Shown: positions 58,935 to 64,000 of the stretch, in pieces
How positions within the stretch are numbered: the first letter of the stretch is position 1
Layout: each line of letters starts with the position of its first letter
From: Eledone cirrhosa
Lineage: Eukaryota
Direction: 5' to 3'
DNA length: 64,000 nucleotides
NCBI GenBank assembly: GCA_964016885.1
Contig: OZ024741.1
Location: 93,496,001-93,560,000, forward strand
Notes under the pieces: generated by a model
The model's input: only the letters and a program-made list of their open reading frames with translations
Database searches by the model: none
What the model was told of the DNA's origin: nothing
Position numbers and translations under genes: made by a program

Positions 58935-60430
58935 GATGGAATTTCTACCTACTCCTTTCCTGCACACTGAGCAATGCCATTTTCCTTTCTACATACTAGG
59001 ACTTTGGTTTTTGCCAAGTTGACTTGAAGACCTTTAAATTGCTTCTAGATTTGGAATTTCTTCTCTAGCTCTGCCATAGATTCAGCTATAAAGGCTAAAT
59101 CATCTGCAAACTGAAGTTCCCAAAGACAGCCAGTCTTAAAACTCTTCTGTAATAGCCTGCAGGCCAATAATAAACAGAAAAAGGCTAAGAACGGAGCCTT
59201 GATGCACTCCTACTGCATGTTAAATTCTTCACTATAGTCATTAATTCTAACCTTGCTGACTGTTCCTCTATATATGGTTTGTACTGCCCTCTCAAGCCAC
59301 TCGTCTACTAGATTTTTAAGAGCCCACCAGATAATGGAACGGGGGTCTGCAGTTGTCTCACAAGAAAGAGGGTATCAGTGGTATTTTACTTGGCACAAGT
59401 CCCAACTTCATCTCATCTAGGTTAATTCAGCCTCTGATCAGCTGTGCTATAACTCTTTCTATGACCTTCATGACCTGGTCAATCAACTTGTTGCTTCTAT
59501 AGTTTTCTCTGTCTAGACCATCTCCTTTGCCTTTGAAGCAGTTGACAACGATGCTGCTATGCCAGTCATTGGGTATGACACCATTTTGTATTACTTGGTT
59601 TACAATACGGATGTTTAAGGTGTGATCCACCATACCAGATCCTTTCAGCATCTCTGCAACTATCCCTGTAAGATCAGCTGGTTTGCCTGTTTTCATATCC
59701 TTGATTGCCTTACTATACTACTGCTGGTCCCTTTGTTGGGTTTACTTGGGGCAGACTATCTTCTTCCCATGCATTCTCCTCATTCAGTAGTCTTTCATAG
59801 TGGCATTTCCAAGCTATCTTCTCTGTGTCAGTGAGTTCAAGTACACCGTTATCATTTTGGACACACTTCTTTATATTGTATGTCTCTATTTGCTCTTCCT
59901 TACTGTCAAAAACATAAAGAAACATAGCTCTAAATTTGTTACTGGCTGCGGGGTCCTGTAACTTCTATATTTTTCTCCAAGTGATTATCAGGTTTGTGTT
60001 ACAGATAGATAGATCATTGGCATCACAAAATTCCAGAAGCCTGGAACCTTCCTCATTTCTGGCACCAAATCCATAACCTCCATAGATCCTTTTGAAGCCA
60101 TTGCCCAACATGCTCATTGAAGTCATGTGCATTAGGGATTCATAGAACCTGTCTTTTAGTCCTGATTGAGGTACTTATGCAGATATAATCGTTACAGTTG
60201 TTCTATTTAGTACTAATCTAAGTTTGATGATTCTGTCATTCACTCTATTTACAGCAATTATCTTGTCTTGGCATTTTTTGGCTACCATAATCCCTACTCC
60301 ATCCTGCCTGTTGTCATTTCCCACCCAGAAACATTTATAGCATTGTTTTTTGCCCTCAAAGAATCTAGCTGACATTCCCCACCATCTAGTTTCTTGCACA
60401 CATCAATTTTTAAGTTAAGCATCTCTACAA
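58935..60430 (-). mobile_element. Degenerate RTE LINE (APE endonuclease and RT fragments)
   Basis: QETRW...GVGIMV...RVNDRIIKLRL; MKTGK..DLTGIVAEMLK...KGKGD...NYR; LQFADDL. Confidence 0.85.
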
Positions 60431-60439
60431 TTTATCCTT

Positions 60440-61285
60440 ATTCAGCACAGCATCTGTCCACTTGTCACGGCGGCCCTTCGCCATATCCACCGTGAGCTTC
60501 AACGATCTGAGGTCTGTTCTCACCACCTCCGCCCATGTTTTTCGTGGTCTACCTCTACCACGTTTTCCTTCGACTGGCACTTCTTCACCCATCAGTCATC
60601 CTCCATGCGCATCACATGTCCATACCACACCACCTCAGTCTCCTCTCTCGCACACTACATTCTATCCCTCTCAGACACAGTCACTCTCTCAACACATCCA
60701 TGCTGGGTCGTTCACGCACATTGACATTGCACATCCAACGGAGCATGCTTGCCTCATTTCTCTCCAGCCGTCGCTGCCCAAGTCTCACTATCATGCAGCA
60801 TCGCGCTCCTCACACAGGTATCATATAACCGGCCTTTCGTACACAGGGAGAAACCCTTCTTCGTCAGCAGAGGAAGCAGCTCCTTAAACTTCTTCCAACC
60901 CATCCTTATTCTAAATACTATGGCCTTCTTATTACCAACCCCTCCCATGCTAATCTGATCTCCTAGGTACAGGAAGCTATCCACCACTTCTATAGCACCC
61001 GCCTGCATTTGAAAAATGTATCTATCAGTGCGACTTCTACTGTCTAATTTCCCTGTACATCTACTGCATACGTATTTCTCCATGCTATCCCACTACATCT
61101 CTTGTGTACCCAGGATCTGCATTGTGTACATTTTATAGAATTTATACCAGTTCCTTTTCTGTATATCGAACATGGCCATTTCCCTGATGGAATCAGAGTT
61201 TTGTCCTCTTTTCTACTCATCAACACTTTTGTCTTAGCTAGATTCACTCTCAGTCCTCTTGCTTCCAACTGCTGTTTCCATAGTC
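60440..61285 (-). mobile_element. RTE LINE 3' half fragment with Cys finger
   Basis: GLRVNLAKTKVL...SGKWPCSIYRKGTGINSIKCTQCRSWVHKRCSG...FLYLGD...MLHDSETW. Confidence 0.85.
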
Positions 61286-61329
61286 AGAATATATATATAT
61301 ATACACACACACACATATATAAATATATA

Positions 61330-61530
61330 TATAAAATAAATTTAATATAGAAATTACTTCTACAGGATTAGAACTGTTTCATTCAAAAGAAATCATGCGG
61401 GCTTTCCTGATGATATCTTTCAAATGTAGTCCTGTAGAAGCCATTTCTGTATTAAATTTTGTATATACTCTATTAATGTATTGAGTACTTCACTTACTGT
61501 GGTTACACCCAATTGAACCTGGGTCTCATA
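61330..61530. mobile_element. Penelope-like foldback remnant with split hammerhead (family of 9790-9960)
   Basis: ggctttcCTGATGA...cctgTAgaagccatttc on the plus strand; gaatGAAAcagttctaatcctgTAgaag on the minus strand; atactct...gagtac tail. Confidence 0.5.
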
Positions 61531-61542
61531 TATATATATATA

Positions 61543-61757
61543 CAGTGGAACCTCAGTTCATGAACAATTTTTCCAAACATAAAACGTCTCAGGTGACGCA
61601 CAATGTCTCAAATATTGAATACACAAGTTGACAGTATCGGCAGACAGTGTCACTTGCTGTATAGTTAGTTACTATGGTATCTATCTGTCTCTCTCAACAT
61701 TTCGGGTGACGAATGGCCTTCAGGAACAAATTAAGTTCAGGCACCAAGGTTCCACTG
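61543..61757. mobile_element. Tc1/mariner (Tigger-like) MITE
   Basis: TA|cagtggaacct...aggttccactg|TA. Confidence 0.85.
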
Positions 61758-62499
61758 TATATATATAAATAATCATGAGCATCATCATCATTGTTTTCCC
61801 TGCTAGTAAGGGTTGGATGAACTGTCACAGATCAAGTCAGCATCCAAGTTTTCTTTGTCCAGATGTCCTTATTACCAACCACTTTACAGCATGTACTGGG
61901 TGTATTTTATCATGCCAGCAGCACTGGTAAGTTTGATATGTCCTTGGCAGGGTTAAAGAAATACTCTCAAAGAATATGTTGTCTCTGTTTAAATGTCACT
62001 CATATCAAGAGTGTACCTGGTGCATTTTATCATAGTCAGTTTACCTTGAATGTTGTAAGGCTAAGGGGGATACTCTGCTCATTCAAGGTACATGACCAGG
62101 AAGGTGATTTATAGAGAGGGAATGACAGAAGTACCAGGGAAAGTTAAGCAAAGTGGGGTGCAAAAGCTTAATGGGAGACACGGGGCATAAAAGGAGAGAG
62201 ACTGTTGGGGGAGGGGACATACAGAAGCAACAGTATTGAGAGAAGGGAGCAAGGGTATGATAGAAATGATTGTTATAAATAGATGTGATGCACTAATATG
62301 TAACTACTGAGATACAGGAGCAAAAAGAACTGATAAGAACTCTAAAGATATCTCTTGATGGCATGTTGCAATGTAGGTGGGTGAGGAGATTGTTGAACAG
62401 CTCCAATGCTCTCCCTGATTATGTGGATAGTAAGGTACAGTGAATAACATGGGAGAATTAAGGGGAGACTCAATGTAGATATATCTCCCAGTTTCAAAC

Positions 62500-63510
62500 A
62501 TTACTACCATTTTAATGTTCCTTTTGCCATGCTTGCACAAAAGGGTGGAAGGCTGATTTAATCCAGCTCCATACATAGCTAATCATTGCAGTCTCTTGTC
62601 AATTCAGTTGTGGGGTAAATCTTCACTGAGTTCCATTCACTTTGAGTGTCTTGCACTCCATTATACAACTGTCACCCTTCATACACATCACATACCCACA
62701 TCAGCTCTTTCTTGCACACATCTGATTTCTTTTATGCAGTTTTTCTCTCAGTTCATTTCTACTTTGTTGTTTGTGTACATTAACATTACACATCCACTGG
62801 ATTAGGCTCACTTTTTTTTTCTAGTCTTCACAAATACTCTGTATTCAAGGCACATGTCTCACTACTATTCAGCATTACGCTTTGTACAGAAGCAGAGAGA
62901 AACCCTTTGTTGCCTGCAGTGGAAATAGTTCCTTGAACCTCTTACAACCACTTCTTAATTTAGCTACTATATTTTCAGAATACCCACCTCCATTGTTAAT
63001 TAGGCTACTCAAGTAACAAATGCTGTCTGAGCATTTGAGAGAATGTATTTCATTTGTGCTCTCAGTGCATCTACTGCATACACAACTGATATTCTTTATT
63101 TGTCTGTCTGTAATCTCACTGCATATTTTCTGTGGCCATGATTTATACTGGATACATAGTATAGAATTCCTCCCTACTCTTTTGCTGTATACTGAACAGA
63201 TTAATTTTCTGTGATGGTATGAGGGACTTGCCTTGTTTCTTGTTTGTTAGAACATTAGTCTTTGATAAATTTACCTCAAGGTCTTTCAATTCCAAGTTTT
63301 GCTATAAGAACCATACATCAGTGTATGGTGTTCACAACCCGCTTTAGTTTATCAGAGTCTTCTGGGTCGTAATCGAGGAGCTTAAGACTTACTGTCCATA
63401 GGAATATCTATATGCTGATGTCATTGCTTTTATAATTCATCTGTACATTAAATTTATTGTAGTTTTTGTTAATAATTACACCTTGCTGGTTACACTCCTG
63501 TACGTGGCAC
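62500..63510 (-). mobile_element. Degenerate RTE LINE fragments
   Basis: Remnants of LEVNLSKTNVL, GRNSILCIQ, LLEPINNGGG...WKRFKELFPL. Confidence 0.6.
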
Positions 63511-64000
63511 CAGCACTAAGGAGATTGTCATGTCTTCAACATAGCTAAAAAGTCCTCCTGACCCTTTGTTTGGCATGTTTTCAACAGCTGGATGCCCTTC
63601 CTAAGTAAAGAAATGGCTAAGAATTCATCATCATCACCGTTTAGCGTCCATTTTTCCATGCTTGCATGGGTTAGACAAGTCGTCCACGCTAGGAGGCAAA
63701 GGTGGCCACACCGTATTTTGCTCTGACGAGGCCTATAAATTTGGCCAGGTATTTTACAGCTGGATGCCCTTCATAAATTAAGGAATAATATTAATTGCCT
63801 ATGTTTCAGAAAAAAAATAATAGTATCAAGCAGATTGATACTTGACTAAGATGCACATGTTTCCTAAATGAATGCCAACAACTGAAGTGAAATAGCATCA
63901 GGTAAAGATGAGAGAGAGAAAGAGAGAGTGGTCAATGATAAAGAATGTAATCTGGTACTTAACAGCTGCTTTGTGTATTTTACTCAACTGTGAGAGATTT

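Noticed and set aside
63722-63750. CTGACGA-GGCC...GGCC hammerhead half
   Set aside because: The GAAA and stem III are absent, and it lies within a minus-strand SINE tail.

Overview
AT-rich, repeat-dense animal genomic DNA. The SINE/LINE repertoire and microsatellite load suggest a coleoid cephalopod such as Octopus; this is inferred from the sequence, not verified. Two host genes lie head-to-head. (1) The 5' end of 60S ribosomal protein L8 (RPL8/uL2) is on the minus strand: first coding exon 561-698 and a TCT/TOP non-coding first exon at about 2117-2145. (2) A complete PIWI-clade Argonaute most like PIWIL2/Ago3 is on the plus strand: 21 coding exons, 15733-51676, 900 aa, all phases consistent, DEDH slicer tetrad intact. 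The rest is RTE, CR1, L1/Tx1-like and CRE-like LINE fragments, tRNA/CORE SINEs, piggyBac remnants and MITEs, a Helentron-like element and Penelope-like remnants. Most notable: (a) an inverted duplicate of the RPL8 core promoter plus first exon, retaining a TCT motif and a GTGAGT donor, points toward piwi; (b) a cluster of type I hammerhead-ribozyme motifs sits in foldback Penelope-like elements between that duplicate and piwi; (c) a second foldback duplication and opposed LINE copies lie inside the piwi pre-mRNA; (d) an apparent compensated frameshift pair falls in a conserved PIWI motif.
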